Shown here one piece after another: positions 1 through 13,538 of a stretch of 64,000 nucleotides of DNA. The position numbers and the translations under genes were made by a program. The DNA is from Ramazzottius varieornatus (lineage: Eukaryota > Animalia > Tardigrada). The stretch is taken from the NCBI GenBank assembly GCA_001949185.1, contig BDGG01000011.1, positions 455,552 to 519,551 on the forward strand, read 5' to 3'. Position 1 is the stretch's first letter; every line of letters starts with the position of its first letter. Below the pieces are notes generated by a model. It was not told where the DNA came from. It saw only the letters and a list, made by a program, of their open reading frames with translations, and searched no databases.

Positions 1-698
1 GACTTAGTTCTGCGTTGTAGGAAACGGACTTCTGGACACGACCGTCCTCATCAAGCTTTGAGAAGAGGGCCAGGTTGGGCAGTTGAGAAGGGTCTTGATA
101 AACCCACCCTGAAGGAAGATGGAGAGCTGACATGGACGGCTGCAAATCTAATAAATTCTTGAATTTCGGACAGCATGATGCTTCAGAAACAGCAGCTGTC
201 TTAAGCGCGTGGCTGACATTTGGAAGGGGAAGGCTTTCCTCACACTCGGTTCTCGAACAGTCACGTTTCCTGTAATGTTCTCGGGTGTTTGGAGCGGAAA
301 CCTGCTCTCTGTCTCGCTCTTCTTTTTCCGGTGTCTGGAGGAGTGTCTTGTCTGCAATGGTTCGACAGTTTGTAGCACAGCCAGATATAATAAACGTGGT
401 AGGACAGTTTCATACCTGACGTCCCAGCAAGATTGAGGAAGGAGGAAGACAAAAGCGTGGAGCTAATCGTAGGAATCGATCCTTTGATAAGCTTATTGCC
501 CTGTGTGTAGCAGTCTCTAGTGAAATGGGCACTGCAGATATAGAATGTCTTCGGAAATATGGCTCTTCCTGGATGATTGCAGAAAGACTGCCATGTAAAT
601 AGCAGCGCTCCTGTTGGTTTATCCAGACAATGAAGTGGTATGCTGGGACAAGTAGCTTTGTCGACAGGACAGCCACGAACAAAACAGCGTCGAGGAGA
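1..698 (-). CDS. THAP (C2CH) zinc-finger protein, 5' part; continues off the left edge (host THAP gene or P-element-like transposase)
   Basis: Exon 698-416 (ttctgtag acceptor, gtatga donor) is missed by the ORF track. It reads SPRRCFVRGC...LLFTWQSFC...YICSAHFTRDCY...LIKGSIPTI, i.e. Cx4C, W, CSxHF and the AVPTI-like box of THAP domains. Further acceptor-like sites lie at ~352 and ~139. Start exon not identified. Confidence 0.75.
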
Positions 699-968
699 CT
701 ACAGAAGCAGACAACCCATAGTAATCTTCGGTACTGAAAGCATTTCGAATTGCTTAGGATTGATTTAGGGTTTCGTACTACGTAGTGAGGTTTGACATCT
801 GAATCTGCTTTCCTAGCAAAGTGCGGTTTACATATGGTTGAAGTCCGAGCTCTGGCCACTCGTTATAAAATGTGCAACAAGTTTGCCGACTTTGCTCATA
901 CCGGTGGCACTACTTTTCGCAGATCAACAGCCCACCGAGATGACAAAAAATTTAATATTAATCACAGC

Positions 969-2024
969 TGGGCTTGGCGCAGGCAACTTAATTTAAGTCA
1001 AACCATTTCGGGCAATGGGCAATTTTCACCATAAGTGCCCGAAATTTACCCGAAATTAAACGAATTGCCCGAAATTAACCGAAGTTTGCCCCTAATTGCC
1101 CGAAGTTACCTGCATTCACTTCATGGGTTTCCCTGGTGCGCAACGTGAGAAGACTTCGTTTCCTGTTGTCCAAGACCTCACCAATCGGGTGTGAAACGCA
1201 GTAGAAAGAGGGAATTTCAGTGCCAAAGCGGTTGTACCAAGCCATCTGTACGGTACTGCAATGCTACCAGTTTAGCGCGAATTCAACCTCGTGAACAGTA
1301 TATCACGCTTAGGCGAGATTCATAGAGGCTACACTGATAACATTTGGTCGTACTGGGCAACGGTAACTTATCACGTGGTTGGGTGCAGCGAAGAACTGGT
1401 ACTACTATACTACGAGACACATTACACGCCGGTTCGAAGTTCTCATTCATTTATACTTCAACTCAGCGCCGAAAAACTCATCGTTTTCCAAAACTAGCTA
1501 TCTGGGAGAGCAACCTGGACGTCTTGGGTGCGGCAGGTGGAGGGGCATTCTTGACTGTATTAAGAAATTCATTGACCTTCTCCGGGACATCTTCGCGCAG
1601 ATCCTCGTCGTTTCAGAACATTTGTGCTTTAAAGTGGGGATCTAACATCACAGCCACTTTGCTTTCGATTCCGCCCATACGATCCCTGTACTTTCTGAAC
1701 TTCAGTCTCATGGCCTTCGCCGCATACCAAAATTTTAAAACCGTTCTGTGCCAGATTTCGAAGCGCGTTTCCAAGAGTATGACCTCCATACGCTCATAGG
1801 CTTAGAAACGTCTTGTTTGTGGGCAGTGCCGAGAAGGCTCCAGATGTGTCACAATAGGTCGGACGGGTATTACAGAAGTCCAGGTAACTTCAGGCAATTA
1901 TGGGCAAACTTCGGTTAATTTCGGGCAATTCGCTCAATTTCGGGTAAATTTCGGGTAATTGTGGTGAAAATTGCCCATTGCCCGAAAAGGTTTGACTTAA
2001 ATTAAATTGCCTGCGCCAAGCCTA
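969..2024. mobile_element. Non-autonomous hAT element with internal transposase remnant
   Basis: ~140-bp terminal inverted repeats (TGGGCTTGGCGCAGGC... / ...GCCTGCGCCAAGCCTA) and 8-bp TSD atcacagc/atgacagc (1 mismatch). The minus strand at ~1615-1725 reads AAKAMRLKFRKYRD...VAVMLDPHFK, matching the hAT M..KF.KY...A..LDPRFK block. Confidence 0.8.
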
Positions 2025-2927
2025 ATGACAGCTGGAAATAAATGTTAAACCACAATGAAAAGATATGGAGTTCCACTTACTCGGCTGGCAGCGACCGCCA
2101 TTCTCGCTTCCACCTAAAAAAGAAACCATGTCGATTAAGCTTAATTTTGAACTTAATAGAAAACCGTACAAAATACTATGGCGTCCATTACCTAATTTGT
2201 ATTGCGGTAGATGAGAGCGTGGGCTTTTTAGCATGGGGGCGACACGCACATACATACCAGGTATACGAAGTAGTGCGCAGCAACCGACACGCCCTAGGTG
2301 CGCAGACATATCGAAGGGGATGTAGGTACGTGTCCCGCCCGTAGTAAACGGTTAGAGCCATCAGGCACCACGATACACGTAATGAGCAGAGACGCGCACA
2401 TGCATACGAAGAGACTGTCAGGGAATAACTATGCTCCGGAGTCACGTACCTGAAAGGAAACAACCAGAAAGGTGGAGATGGATGTAGAGGAGAGCTGTGA
2501 GAAGCGTGAGGAAAGTCAAAGAGACGGACAAAGTTGCGAAGATGATCAGCAGCGGACAGGAGACGACAGCAGCGAAGATCGCGTGGCATCGACAGCCAAC
2601 CTGAAACAGAAGTGGCCTGGTCAATCGAATGGTCCACTACCGACCTAGTGGTGACATGTAGATGGTTAGCGACTCACCGTTGGCCAATCAGGCAAGAGAA
2701 AGGAGGAGGAAACAGGGAATATAACCGGATCATGGTGGTAGAATCACCGGAAACATCTTGAGTGTGATGCAATGCCGCATCAGACCGTATCAACGTAGCA
2801 TCAGCTGCAACAAACCGTAATCTATCAGACCGTATCAACGTAACAAAAACTCTAGAGTATTGATTGTTGATTAGCCGTCATTTCTATTTCCCATAAAGCT
2901 GGTGTTGGCAATCGTGTTGTTCTAGCC

Positions 2928-3669
2928 TAAGGTTGTAAATTCCAGGCCGAATACCCTTGGAATGGAAAATAGGAAAGGAATTCCTAATATTCCTGTATTC
3001 CTATTTCTTATTTCCTTCTTCAGAAGGTCCTCGCAAAAATCTGGAATTCCAAAGTCCCATTTGCCAGTTTAGTTCTTTTTACATACTGTAGATATTCGCT
3101 GCGTCCGCGCAGTACGTACACGTACGTGACGATGCACCCCCGTAGGGGGGTGCACAATCCGTGAAACCGGACCGGGGCTGTACTGCACTTGTACGATGAC
3201 GTACTCCGCGGACGCAGCGAATATTTACAACACCCATCTAAAACAATAAACATGATCTGAAGTCATCAACAAATATTGGTTTTGAGACTGAAAGCCAGCT
3301 GGAGATTGGCCGATCCGAACTTTTGGTTTTGTCGGACCTGAAAGCCCAAGGGAAAATCAGGGACTTACGCACAGTTGAATGCGCTGCATACTTTAGTGCG
3401 ACGGATTGAAAATGCTTTTGGTCGTTCAACTGAACGACCAATTAGCCTCAGTGGTATGCATGTGTGAGCCAGCATTGGGTTCAGTTTTTCGACAGGATCT
3501 GCTGTATCTTCGATTTTTTACCTCGTGAAATTCCTAAACTTCCTCCGATTTTTGCTAGTTTTCCAAATAGGAATTCCACCGTTCCAAAGGGTTACCCCTC
3601 GGAACGGAACGGAATTCCAGGAATGGAACGGAATTTGGAAAGGAATGGAATTAGGAATTTACAACCTTA
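2928..3669. mobile_element. hAT-type MITE
   Basis: Perfect 16-bp TIR TAAGGTTGTAAATTCC/GGAATTTACAACCTTA, perfect 8-bp TSD ttctagcc (2920-2927, 3670-3677), and GGAAT-rich subterminal repeats. Confidence 0.9.
3085..3230. mobile_element. Small palindromic MITE nested in the hAT MITE (same family as 30344-30489)
   Basis: Inverted ends CTGTAGATATTCGCTGCGTCCGCGCAGTAC / GTACTCCGCGGACGCAGCGAATATTTACA; homologous copy at ~30344. Confidence 0.75.
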
Positions 3670-3676
3670 TTCTAGC

Positions 3677-4213
3677 CAGTGTTGTTCCGAACTTTCGATA
3701 AGACTTTTGAGGTTTGAAATACAATTACGATTAATCGAAATTCTTCGCGTAGCCGTGATTCGGATTGCCGGTAGTTCTTCGTTACTGAACTGAAGATTAC
3801 GATTAATCGGAATTCAGCTTCCGACAGCAATTCGAATTATTTGAATTATTACGACGTCGTGTGGTAATTCGAATTTCCCATATAGTATGACCCTCTTCCT
3901 CCCCCCTGCAGACTTCTTTACATTTGGGACTCCAACGTTTGGAGTTCCAACAGAAATGCTTAGCTCACTGGTTGCAGATGGTGACGGTGTAGGCACGGAA
4001 TTCTCGGAGGATTCGAGTCCACAACGGAGATGCGCTCGTGAAAAGCTTAGTACCCATCTTCTGCCAAGTGTTTTCCGATATGACTTTTTCAGATTCAATT
4101 GCAATTACGATTAATCGGAATCCCTCTCGTGGCAGCAATTTGAATTCCAGGCACCTCGTCCTGGCTGGATTATCAATTACGATTAATTCATACTCAAGTT
4201 TCAACAACAACTG
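3677..4213. repeat. Probable degenerate TIR element with repeated ATTACGATTAATC motifs
   Basis: Imperfect inverted ends cagtgttgtt.../...acaacaactg and 4-5 copies of attacgattaat; no clear TSD. Confidence 0.4.
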
Positions 4214-4814
4214 AAATTATTCGAATTATTGGGATGGTGTTTTGTAATTTGAGTTTTCATAAAATTGGCATTTCTTCTCGGTACCACGCGTCGGATGGGT
4301 AAGCGTTTAGATTGACCCTCTGGTATTCTGCGGAGAATACGTCGTTCCCAAGGTATCCAGTACGGATGGCTCATCAGGGCTGTCCTCAATACGGCCTGTT
4401 ATGCTCCATGAAGGAGCCACGGTGCGTCGCATAGGCGTAAACTTAACCATACTGGAAAAACAGCACCCTAGCAAGGCCCNNNNNNNNNNNNNNNNNNNNN
4501 NNNNNNNNNNNNNNNNNNNNNNNNNNNNNTGATTCTGCTGTGTACGTGCACCGGCGCACCGTTAGTCACTCAATCAAGCGCTGGCGGTGCTTCACAAGGC
4601 GAGAAAGTCCGCGTATGACGTATACGCGACCAGCACCCGGCGGGCCTTGCTAGAGTGCTGTTTTCCAGTGTGGTCAAGTTCTCCACTTTAAGGTTCTCCG
4701 TCATTCTGACCAGCCATAGTGACGGTTCTTTTGCTTGTTTGCGTGGGTGCTGCGAACAGCTGACTCACTTGTCGTCTGCAGAAACATCAGTGTCCAACCG
4801 ATATCGAAAAGTTG

Positions 4815-5100
4815 GAGCTCGACAAACGAACTCGACAAGATTTTTTCCTCAAGTGGCGAATATTTGCAGTATAATTAGGTGAAAGTGTGCGCGATATGGA
4901 AGAACAATCGTATCGAGCTTGTTTGCTAAGCTTACACTTTTCCCAAGTGGCGCATATCGACAATACTATTGGCTGGAAGCTTGCGCCACATGGTAGAACG
5001 ATCGTGTCGAGTTGGCTAACCAAGCTCCACTTTACCCAAGTGGCGCGTTTTACAGTACGTTTGGCTAAAAGCGATCTTGTCGAGCTTGTGTGCCGAGCTC
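4815..5100. repeat. CAAGTGGCGC-family palindromic repeat (three ~90-bp tandem units inside inverted ends)
   Basis: Ends gagctcgacaaacgaactcgacaagat / atcttgtcgagcttgtgtgccgagctc with an internal repeated caagtggcg...gcgccac. Related copies at ~27593, 31550, 34245, 44573, 55510 and 56620. Confidence 0.7.
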
Positions 5101-7037
5101 ACGTAAGCATTAATACAAAGCATTCTGGCCGTACCGATAAGCTCACCGGACGCGGAATGAGGGTTTCCCATTCAGAATTCGGTCAAATCAGACCACTGAT
5201 CTTCTCTGCATTCTCTGCATTCTAGCAGATCAGTCTGTCTAATCGATTCGCGGCAGATCAGCTAGCAGATCATCCAGCCTAGCAGAACTTTCTTTGAAGT
5301 TTAACGACTCCGGCTCAATGATCCACCAGATCGCCATATCTCTTCAATCGAGGGATCGGAATATCCGAACGAGGACCGTCACTATCAAAACCCCTTTCGG
5401 TTGCTGATGGATCCGAAGAATAGCCAGTATACTGGCAAACAGATAAAATCAAGAAGTGAGAACTTTCATCTGCATAAAGTTATATCGATAGAAGAAAACG
5501 GAAAGAAATTTCAGATGGCATGTTTCAAATACCGTGTTTCAAAAACGCAGATTGCCTAAATCACGAAGGTGAGAGTTGCTCTGAGCAAACGTGCTGGTTG
5601 GACGCTCATCCCCCGCCCCCAGCCGGTCCGATCAGTCGGATTGCCGGGCCAATGGTGCCATTGGATTGCCGGGGTCTCGGCATCCTCATCAGGCACTGCA
5701 GCTGACTTTCACCGTTATGTTTAGTGCCTGTCCCGTGTAGATCAAAAAGTTGTTTGGAATTTCGCTCAGTACGGTGTCATAGTTTGCTCCGGCTAGTGAC
5801 CAGAAATCGATCATTTCGATCGCTTCGGTCTTGTTTGGCGGTTGGTGATTTCACTGGTGCTTCACTTTCAGACAAGAGTGACAAGAGTCTGCAGTGTCGG
5901 AAATGCATCGCTGCTGGGGCCTTACATCTGGACATTCATTCTGGTTTCGAGTTGGAAATACGGTTTTGTAATCGGTTTTCCCAATCGGAGGCCCGAAAAA
6001 TAATCCAGGACTTGGAAGACCGCGCAGGGATGTAGTATTTCCTGCGTTTTAGTGCTTCTCACCTCAGATCGCCGCCGAACTATTGATACAGCGAACCGAA
6101 ACCCACAGAGAAAGTCCGGGAGCTGAGATAGTGATGCATAGGGGTTCAATAAGTTTTAAGGCACGGACCACCTGAAAATGCTATTTCCCAGAGAACGATT
6201 TCAAGAGATAGGCCATCTCTTTTAACCACTATCCCTCAAACACGAGGTACCTGGCACTCGCACAGAAGGAGAAATACTTTTTCGAAAAGATGCTAAAAAT
6301 TGTTTTTCGATTTTCTTCATAAACTCGCGCATTTTGTGAAGTTATTCTCACGTTATCCGCGCCGATTGTGGAGTTGTTGTTTTCCGAATATCTGGGGTAG
6401 AAGATTTTCTAGCGCTTCGACGAGTAGCAACTAGAGTGCGAAGGGAATACAAAATGAAAGCTAACTCTTATCAGAAACAGAATCGCGGTGGAGAAAACAG
6501 AAAAGTTGTCACAGTCCGGCTGGTAATTCGGTAGCCCGCCAGATCACCCCGTTTCACCTGCGCATTTTTGCTTTGTAGGAAGTATAACTTTTCTTCTCGA
6601 GTCTTGACCGCAGTCCGGCTTGGCTTCCTTCTACCCAAACTAGGCACTAGACATCCCTCTTTCATCTTGTGCTGGAGTCAAACTCAACGTACAATGGGGA
6701 AGAAACTACATGACTTCTTCAGGAACGTGGAGTGCTCAAGAATCCACCCTTTATAATATACCGTACAAAGTTTTGTTAACGAATGACTCCCCAGCCTAGG
6801 CTGTAAGTTCTGTTTCAAATAACGGGCTCCGCTACAACAGAGGATTCGATCAGTAAAGCCTTTCCTCTCGGTTCGCCACTGAGGTTCTAGCGAGTAGATT
6901 ACTCACTTCGGCGTACTGCTGAGGTTTTGTTTGTGTTTTGGCTTCTGAGTATCCTTTGCCTGGACAGATTGTTTTAGTTGTGCTCGCGGACGGTAGCAGA
7001 CACTTTGTCTGGTAGTTTGCAGACGTTAAACCCATTA

Positions 7038-7778
7038 CAGGGTGTTCCCAATAAGCTGGAACGATTTTGGACTTGAATGATAAAATGAGCAGTCCTTTCA
7101 CTTCTCCGAAAATTCGTTCCTAGGTGCGTCTAACTATCGAAAATTTTGTGTAAAGATCCTGTCGAGGTGTCGTGTTCCAGAAGGTGCACAGCGCGGGAGA
7201 CGCGAACTAGGTGGAATTCAAAAAGTTTTCGCAAGATCAGCATGCAGTACACTTCAGGCTGCTTTGTTTGCGGGTGACATGTTTCAAAGCAATTTCGCTG
7301 ATGCTGTTCTGTTAGAAACCTCTTTTAAATATAGCAGAAAAATATCAGCTACGATTTCGTGCACACGGTTGGATATGTGAGCGACAATATTGCTGCTAGC
7401 TCAGGGGGTGAGCAAAATTTTTCGCGTATTTTTTGAATTATTTTTATTTTCCCCGTCAGCAGCGTGTTAGATCCGTCGGTTTGTTTTTTAATGATCAGTC
7501 TAACGTACTTATTTCAGAAAACAATTTCATGAGGGAGCGTGGTGGTTTTTTCCCGTCTGATATAAATAATTTAACTGAGGTTCCCACTTTGTACCCGTAA
7601 AATGCATGGTTTTTAAGAGCTCCCAAGAACTAAACGATAAGTGTTTGGTTGAAGAGACCTTCACGAAAATTGAAGATGAAAACATGCCCTATCGATTAGA
7701 TGAGGTTTAGTAATGTATAGCTAGAAGCGACTTTACCACGAATTTCAAAATCGTTCCAACTTATAGGGAACACCCTTG
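7038..7778. mobile_element. Tc1/mariner-type non-autonomous element
   Basis: TIR CAGGGTGTTCCCAATAAGCTGGAACGATTTTG / CAAAATCGTTCCAACTTATAGGGAACACCCTTG, flanked by TA on both sides. Confidence 0.85.
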
Positions 7779-8615
7779 TAGATCTCTAACTGAATCTGCA
7801 TGTCAGTGCTTGTTTTTACGCCTACAGCAAGTCCGACTGGCAGCAGCGAGTAACTCCGCCTTGACCTTGCATTTACATCTAAGCCCGGAACACGAGGTGT
7901 GACCATAAGAACCGTAGTTATTAGAACCGTAGTTACAGTAGAAGCTCCAACAATGTTTGCAGTAGTTTACAAAGTGACCGCTGTAATGGATCGTCTGTAC
8001 TTCATGCTTCCAAATTACTCCTAGCCATTTCACTGACTTTGCTGCATGTGAGTCAAGTTATCAGTTCGCCAGCCACTCGCAAAAGACCAAATATCATTTT
8101 CATATTGGCCGATGACCTGGTAAATCACTCGAAAGGTTTCTATCTATTGATAGCAGAGCTTCGCAGATCAAAACGCATTGGAGAGTCGCTATTCAAGCTG
8201 TATTCGAAACTCAGGGTCGCGCAGATGTAAGCTTCACGGAAGGAAATCTACAGACCCCTACACCCAACATCGATAAGGTACATTCACCAAGTACTTTCCA
8301 GATTACTTTTCGTTTGCTCTTCGAGGCAGCGGATTGGAAGCGGCCGCGGCCTTTCCAGCCAAACGTCTGTTTGTTACAGAATTTCGCAAGTTAGTTAGAA
8401 TAATTTGCCGACAGACGGTACTTTTCATCTTTACTTGGAACCGTAAAGCGGTAGTCGGATCAAACGATGAGAGCGGCGGTCAAGTCATGTGAATAGTTTT
8501 TTGACAATTTGATGATGATCCGAAACATGGCCCAGAGTAAGCAGCCGAAAGCTGCTCTTTCGAAATTCATCGAGCAATTTTGGAGTCGTATTGCTCCTTC
8601 AGTTTATTTCATCAG

Positions 8616-8868
8616 TATAGAAGGCTCGGCAAAGCTAAAATAGGCCGCTTTAGCCGTTCTTAGCCGTGGCTAAAAATATTTTGACCGTGGCTAAAGCAGC
8701 TAGAATACTTTTATCCACGGCTAAAATGTATTGTGCGCTCGATTGATTTATTGATGTTAAGTCGGCGGTATTTTAGTGTTTTAGCTGCTTTAGCCGCGGT
8801 CAAAATATTTTTAGCCACGGCTAAGAACGGCTAAAGCGGCTTATTTTAGCTTCGCCGAGCCTTCTATG
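8616..8868. mobile_element. hAT-type fold-back MITE
   Basis: Near-perfect palindrome (TATAGAAGGCTCGGC... / ...GCCGAGCCTTCTATG) with perfect 8-bp TSD ttcatcag (8608-8615, 8869-8876). Confidence 0.9.
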
Positions 8869-9197
8869 TTCATCAGAGGCTGTTCGCGACCGACTTGGCG
8901 AATGGCAGTATTTTCAAATTGCAGTACAAGAAAAGGTTTGGCTATGTTTATCGTTACACCCTTTACACCCCAAACCGCTATAGTTACACCTACCCCGTAA
9001 AGGTGACAGTTGGGTCGCGAGTTGATTCTGCTGGGGCTGTGAAGGAGGGAAGACACGATGGATATTCTGATTGTAGCCACCTTTCAACCAAACCATAACT
9101 ATCCGTTAACAATACGCCCTTTTTCTAGGCTCAGTTTTTGATTGCCCATTTGAAAGGTGACGTGTCAGCACACTTGATGCCTACTTTGGGCGACGTA

Positions 9198-9351
9198 CAG
9201 TGTACGACAAAATTAGCCGTTGGCAGCAGCTGGAGCTTATTTACAGTCCACCAATGAAATACTTAGTTTGCTATATGCGCTAATTTCATTGGCTGCTTTC
9301 ATCTGGTTCCATCCAACGCCCATTTTTAACGGTTAATTTTGCCGTACACTG
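9198..9351. mobile_element. Tc1/mariner-type MITE
   Basis: TIR CAGTGTACGACAAAATTAGCCGTT / AACGGTTAATTTTGCCGTACACTG with TA TSD. Confidence 0.8.
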
Positions 9352-9951
9352 TAGAACAGCTCGTATCAGATGATTCAGATCGTTTGGTCGCTCCGACTGA
9401 TACATGCTCGTATGTAATATCTGAAGTGGTACCCGGAAGAGCTTCGCATTCTGCCGCTAGCTGCTGACTCAGACAGCAGTCTGGCAAGCTCTCCGTGTTC
9501 TTCTCCCGGCGCGAGGTGCCTAAATTGCTGGCCGCGTTGCCTGTGCTCTGTGCTTACTTGCACAGATAGCGTCACACCGTCGTACAGCACTGGTCAGATA
9601 CGGCCAAAGTATGTACACTCGCATCGGTGAAATCGAGGACATGCTGTAAACCGGTTAACGAAAGAAAGGTCTGAACAATACCCACAAGTCCGCAGGCTGA
9701 GCAATGTCATACCCCGGGCAAAAGTTGGTCGTTATAACACTCGGTCGTAAGTAAGCGGATAGAGGGGCAAAACTTCGTGTTCTACTCGATCGGGGAAGCT
9801 CGTGCATGAATGTCGGCTGACCTTAAGAAATAAATACTTTGACTGAACGGCATCCCATTTCGCAGCCTCAACAGCCTGCCAGTGTTGTATCCCAGAGCAC
9901 AACAACAGCCGGCGGAAAGCAATGCTGCACAGGCTGCGCTTAATGCGCACC

Positions 9952-11941
9952 TAGGGTGGGTGCGACCCGACCATGGTTGCGCGACCGTGGGACCATGGTC
10001 GCACTTTAAGCTGTATGCCTATGCTATTTAACGTTGCGCAAAAGCTGTGGAAACGGGGTTTTTAAGAAACAAGAGCAGAAACCTACAACATCACGAATTT
10101 CAGAAGTCGCCCATGTCAAACAAATTGCAGATGCCCGATAGCTTAGATGCTGAACTGCTGCGAGGAACTTAATCGGCGTTTTTGCCACTGCCAAAAATGG
10201 CTGGTTAAACCATTCACAATAAAGGGGTATTGCTGCAATCACGTTTTAATGGGCGATCGAAGCTTCCGGTCGCGCGTCAAAATCGTAGAAAAACAGCAAT
10301 AAAACGTCAGAAAAGTAGGATTATCTTTAAAAAGCCACAGATCTTACAACGGCAAGAAATACGTTCAAAATACCGAAACATCTATCAGTAACTTTTTACA
10401 CATCAACGGCAGCAACTAACGCCTTTGTCTTTCGTTTCTTGCGCAGGCCGGAAATTTTGTTGGTGATACTCTTGTTGATTTGGGCTTCTTTCGGGATGGG
10501 AATCTTTTATTCCTCACCGAACACGGTGACTATTTTTAAAAAGCACAAATCATCAGTAACTTGTCCAGTAAAATGCGCTGAATAATAATTTAATGGAATA
10601 ATTGTTTTCCATCAAAATACATCTTTATAATTATATAGCCAATAGCTAATTGTTCTAGAAAATTATACCTTCACCAGCTGCTACACAATCCATGGCAAAT
10701 CCTTGCGCTAAAAGTTCACCTCTGTCATCGACGAGAACTCCCGAGCTTGGTCAGCGGGATTACGGATGTTCTAGTCCTTCAGACCTTCGGTGGAGACGTC
10801 CGGCATATCTTAGTCCATCATACTGGCCAAGTAATGCTTTGCCACGATCGCACAGGCATCGTTGGATGCTCTATCGTCGACTTTAGCGTTGGAGCCTTCT
10901 TTTCCTTTGCAACATTCGTATACACCGCCATGTCCAAGTAGACGCCATAATGGAGAAGTCCTGTTCCTAAATCTGACGGTGTAGATCGATCCAACCGTTG
11001 GCTCAAGCTGTCCATCCACAGGAACGTACCTCGCAGCGTGTGCTACTTCCAACTTTGGAGGACGCTGTGTGGAAATACAATACCCGAACAGTCATTGGCT
11101 GGTCTATCTTTTCGCAAAAGAATTTAAGGAAGAAAGTTGGAGAAGAATGGGAAGAATAAGAGCAGAAGGAATGTCAACATGAAAAAGATCCAACTGACGA
11201 TACTAAAATGCAGTGCTGTAAAACGCTCAGTGCCAGGGCTGTTTATGTTGACCAGGGTGCAATATCTTATCATTGTACCAGCTGCTGTTTAACGAACCGG
11301 GTATTTTGCCCATCCAACGTTGACCTGTTTCCTGTCTCCCGATCTTCTTTTCCAAGTACGACTCAACACAGGGCACAGGCTCTCATACATACGCATTCAT
11401 ACATGTTTTTACTGTGCTTCTCGGCTCCCGTTTCCGGCTGGTAATGTCACATTGTGACGTCACTGCAGTAGTGTTATACAGATGCATCCATTCCCGTCAT
11501 CCCACTTGGCCTTTTTCTTCGGTTTCCAGTTGCAGTACCGATTATAAAACCGTACTTGCATCTTGAAGCCGAGAAAACGTCGAAATAGAGGGACGGGAAG
11601 GGATGCATTTCGGACGTTGCTGTCTAACCATATTAAATTAGCTCATTCTGCGTCGATTCGACTCAATTGTACTGCACACTAGCCGGTGTCGAGTCGTATT
11701 CAACCTACTGTATACTGACAACTAATTCCGGCCACTTTCAAACTACCACGTCTCTACCTGCTGAAATAGTGCAGAAATTTCCTGACAGAAGTTCTTCACA
11801 ATTTCGGGGGCCATGGCTGCAGTTCCTTGCCCATTCCGTAACCTTGGCAGAACTTCAGTAACGGTTCTACAGTGCAGGAGTTCTGCCTAGGCGTGTTAAA
11901 TAGCATTGGGATGTGACCGTGGTCGGGTTGCGACCACCCTA
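9952..11941. mobile_element. ~2-kb non-autonomous hAT element
   Basis: TIR TAGGGTGGGTGCGACCCGACCA / TGGTCGGGTTGCGACCACCCTA and perfect 8-bp TSD tgcgcacc (9944-9951, 11942-11949). The internal minus-strand RNRTSPLW segment could be a decayed BED-finger start (weak). Confidence 0.85.
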
Positions 11942-12441
11942 TGCGCACCGGTAGATGTAATGTGTTACCTGAAAACCTGACCACTTTGGTTTGCAATGCA
12001 CGTTGGAGAAAGTCCCTTTCGATCAGTACCGACTGAAGAGTAGTTCATCCGTGACTCAAGGCCAAGTGGCTAGGCAATCTTTCAGCTAATCGTTCATGAT
12101 TGTCCACGGCTCTCGCGGTTGTTGCGGTGAGATCTAGCCCTTATGATCTCGAAATACACTTCCGAAAACGGTACGGATAGATGTAGATGTGGGTGCTCCT
12201 TGGGCATGCCTGTTTGAAGTGTCGGTTTTCTTCTCAGGAATGCAGTTCCCCATCAACGACGGTGAGCCATGGGGACTACCGCTCAAGTTCAAACTTCTGC
12301 CAGCTCACCTGAAAGACCTTGGCTATCAAACATACGCGTTGGGGAAGGTAAAGTGTCAATAAAACGGGTCCAGATCAGCATGAACGTTACCGGTAGCCAG
12401 CACGAGCCTGCCAATCCACGGTTGTCAATAATCAATCAATA

Positions 12442-13538
12442 AGCAATGCAGAATATCGCTTTCGATTCGACGAACTAACTCACCGTTGGTACTTGTAATA
12501 TTGCACCTACCGGGTGGCGCCCACTAATTCACTCTCCAGTATACTGCGCTTACTGACCTACTACACACCGTTCGATGGAAAAATATTGCTCTCTCTAGGG
12601 AGCAGTTTCAAGGGGCAAAAGTTTAATCACGTGACTTTCTGCTGCTAAAACTAGAAGATGGTCCCACTCGTGACTCGGCGTACTTCTGGGATCTTCCGTT
12701 CCGACGGTTCCGTATAGTGTGGACAGCTGCTTACAAGATTTACTTCAGCTTGCTTGATGGGTATGCCTTGATAGACCATACGTCCACCTACCGTGCGCAA
12801 CGAAAGTTGACTCAGATTAATCGATGGTAGAGAAACAGAAGTTACAGCCTACCACAGGTAGATTTCTTCAAAAGTAAGCTTTTTACGGTCAATAAAACAT
12901 TCTGTTTTCTATCGTCAAACAGAAAACCTCAGTTATCTCCCGGTAGAGAAGTGTTCGGTTTTATTTACTGTTTTTAGTGACTGATTTTTGTGGACGAACG
13001 TTTAATTGCTCGTTGCTCCCGGGAGGGGCTTTGAGCTTTCGTTGTAACCACAAGACTTGCACCACTGAAACTTAAGGTTGATGCGATCTGAAAAATCGAC
13101 TCATACAAACTTGACTTTGAAACTAGCCAACTGATTTGCCGAAAACCTAGCATTGGCGGGTTTTGGGGAAAACTCTGTTGAAGAACAGAATTGTTTCGCC
13201 ATAATAGCTATTTTGCGAAATAATGCCGAAAAGACGTATTGTGAATATGGCTACTTTTGATACACAAATGTCTGGCCTGTTCCCTGTAACCAAAGCGGAA
13301 GTCATCCTCAGGTCCTGGACTTAATCGTAGAGCTGAAAAGTTAGCGGCAATTAGGCCGCGCCACCCGGGAGAACGGATTAGTCCGGGAAATCCGAGGTCA
13401 ATAGACAAAGAGAAATTTGTGTTCCGTAGTCGGCTGTTGGTTAACGGTTGTCCTGGCTAGTCACCCGTTACACGTGTAATACTACAAGTACTAACGGTGC
13501 GTTATCAATTCCAATCGAAAGCGATATTCTCCATTGCT
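12442..13538. mobile_element. Non-autonomous TIR element (~65-bp TIR, TA or TTAA-like target)
   Basis: AGCAATGCAGAATATCGCTTTCGATT...GTACTTGTAATATTGCAC is inverted against GTGTAATACTACAAGTAC...AATCGAAAGCGATATTCTCCATTGCT; flanked by TA (ataa/ttaa). Confidence 0.7.

Larger units (their letters stand above)
8004..12347 (+). pseudogene. Arylsulfatase B-like gene fragment (5' exons only)
   Basis: Exons: signal peptide + RPNIIFILADDL (to 8119), GRADVSFTEGNLQTPTPNIDK (8215-8277), and MQFPINDGEPWGLPLKFKLLPAHLKDLGYQTYALGK (12238-12347). The ATG at 8004 is one base out of frame with the signal peptide. The CxPxR exon is decayed (~12087-12170), no downstream exons were found, and several TEs sit inside. 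Confidence 0.75.

Noticed and set aside
2416-2910. Possible solo LTR (TG...CA, TATA-like and polyA-like motifs, 19-bp internal duplication)
   Set aside because: No matching TSD or second copy could be found.
4830-5100. CRISPR-like look of spaced palindromic units
   Set aside because: Units are diverged, the spacers are related to each other, the context is eukaryotic and there are no cas genes.
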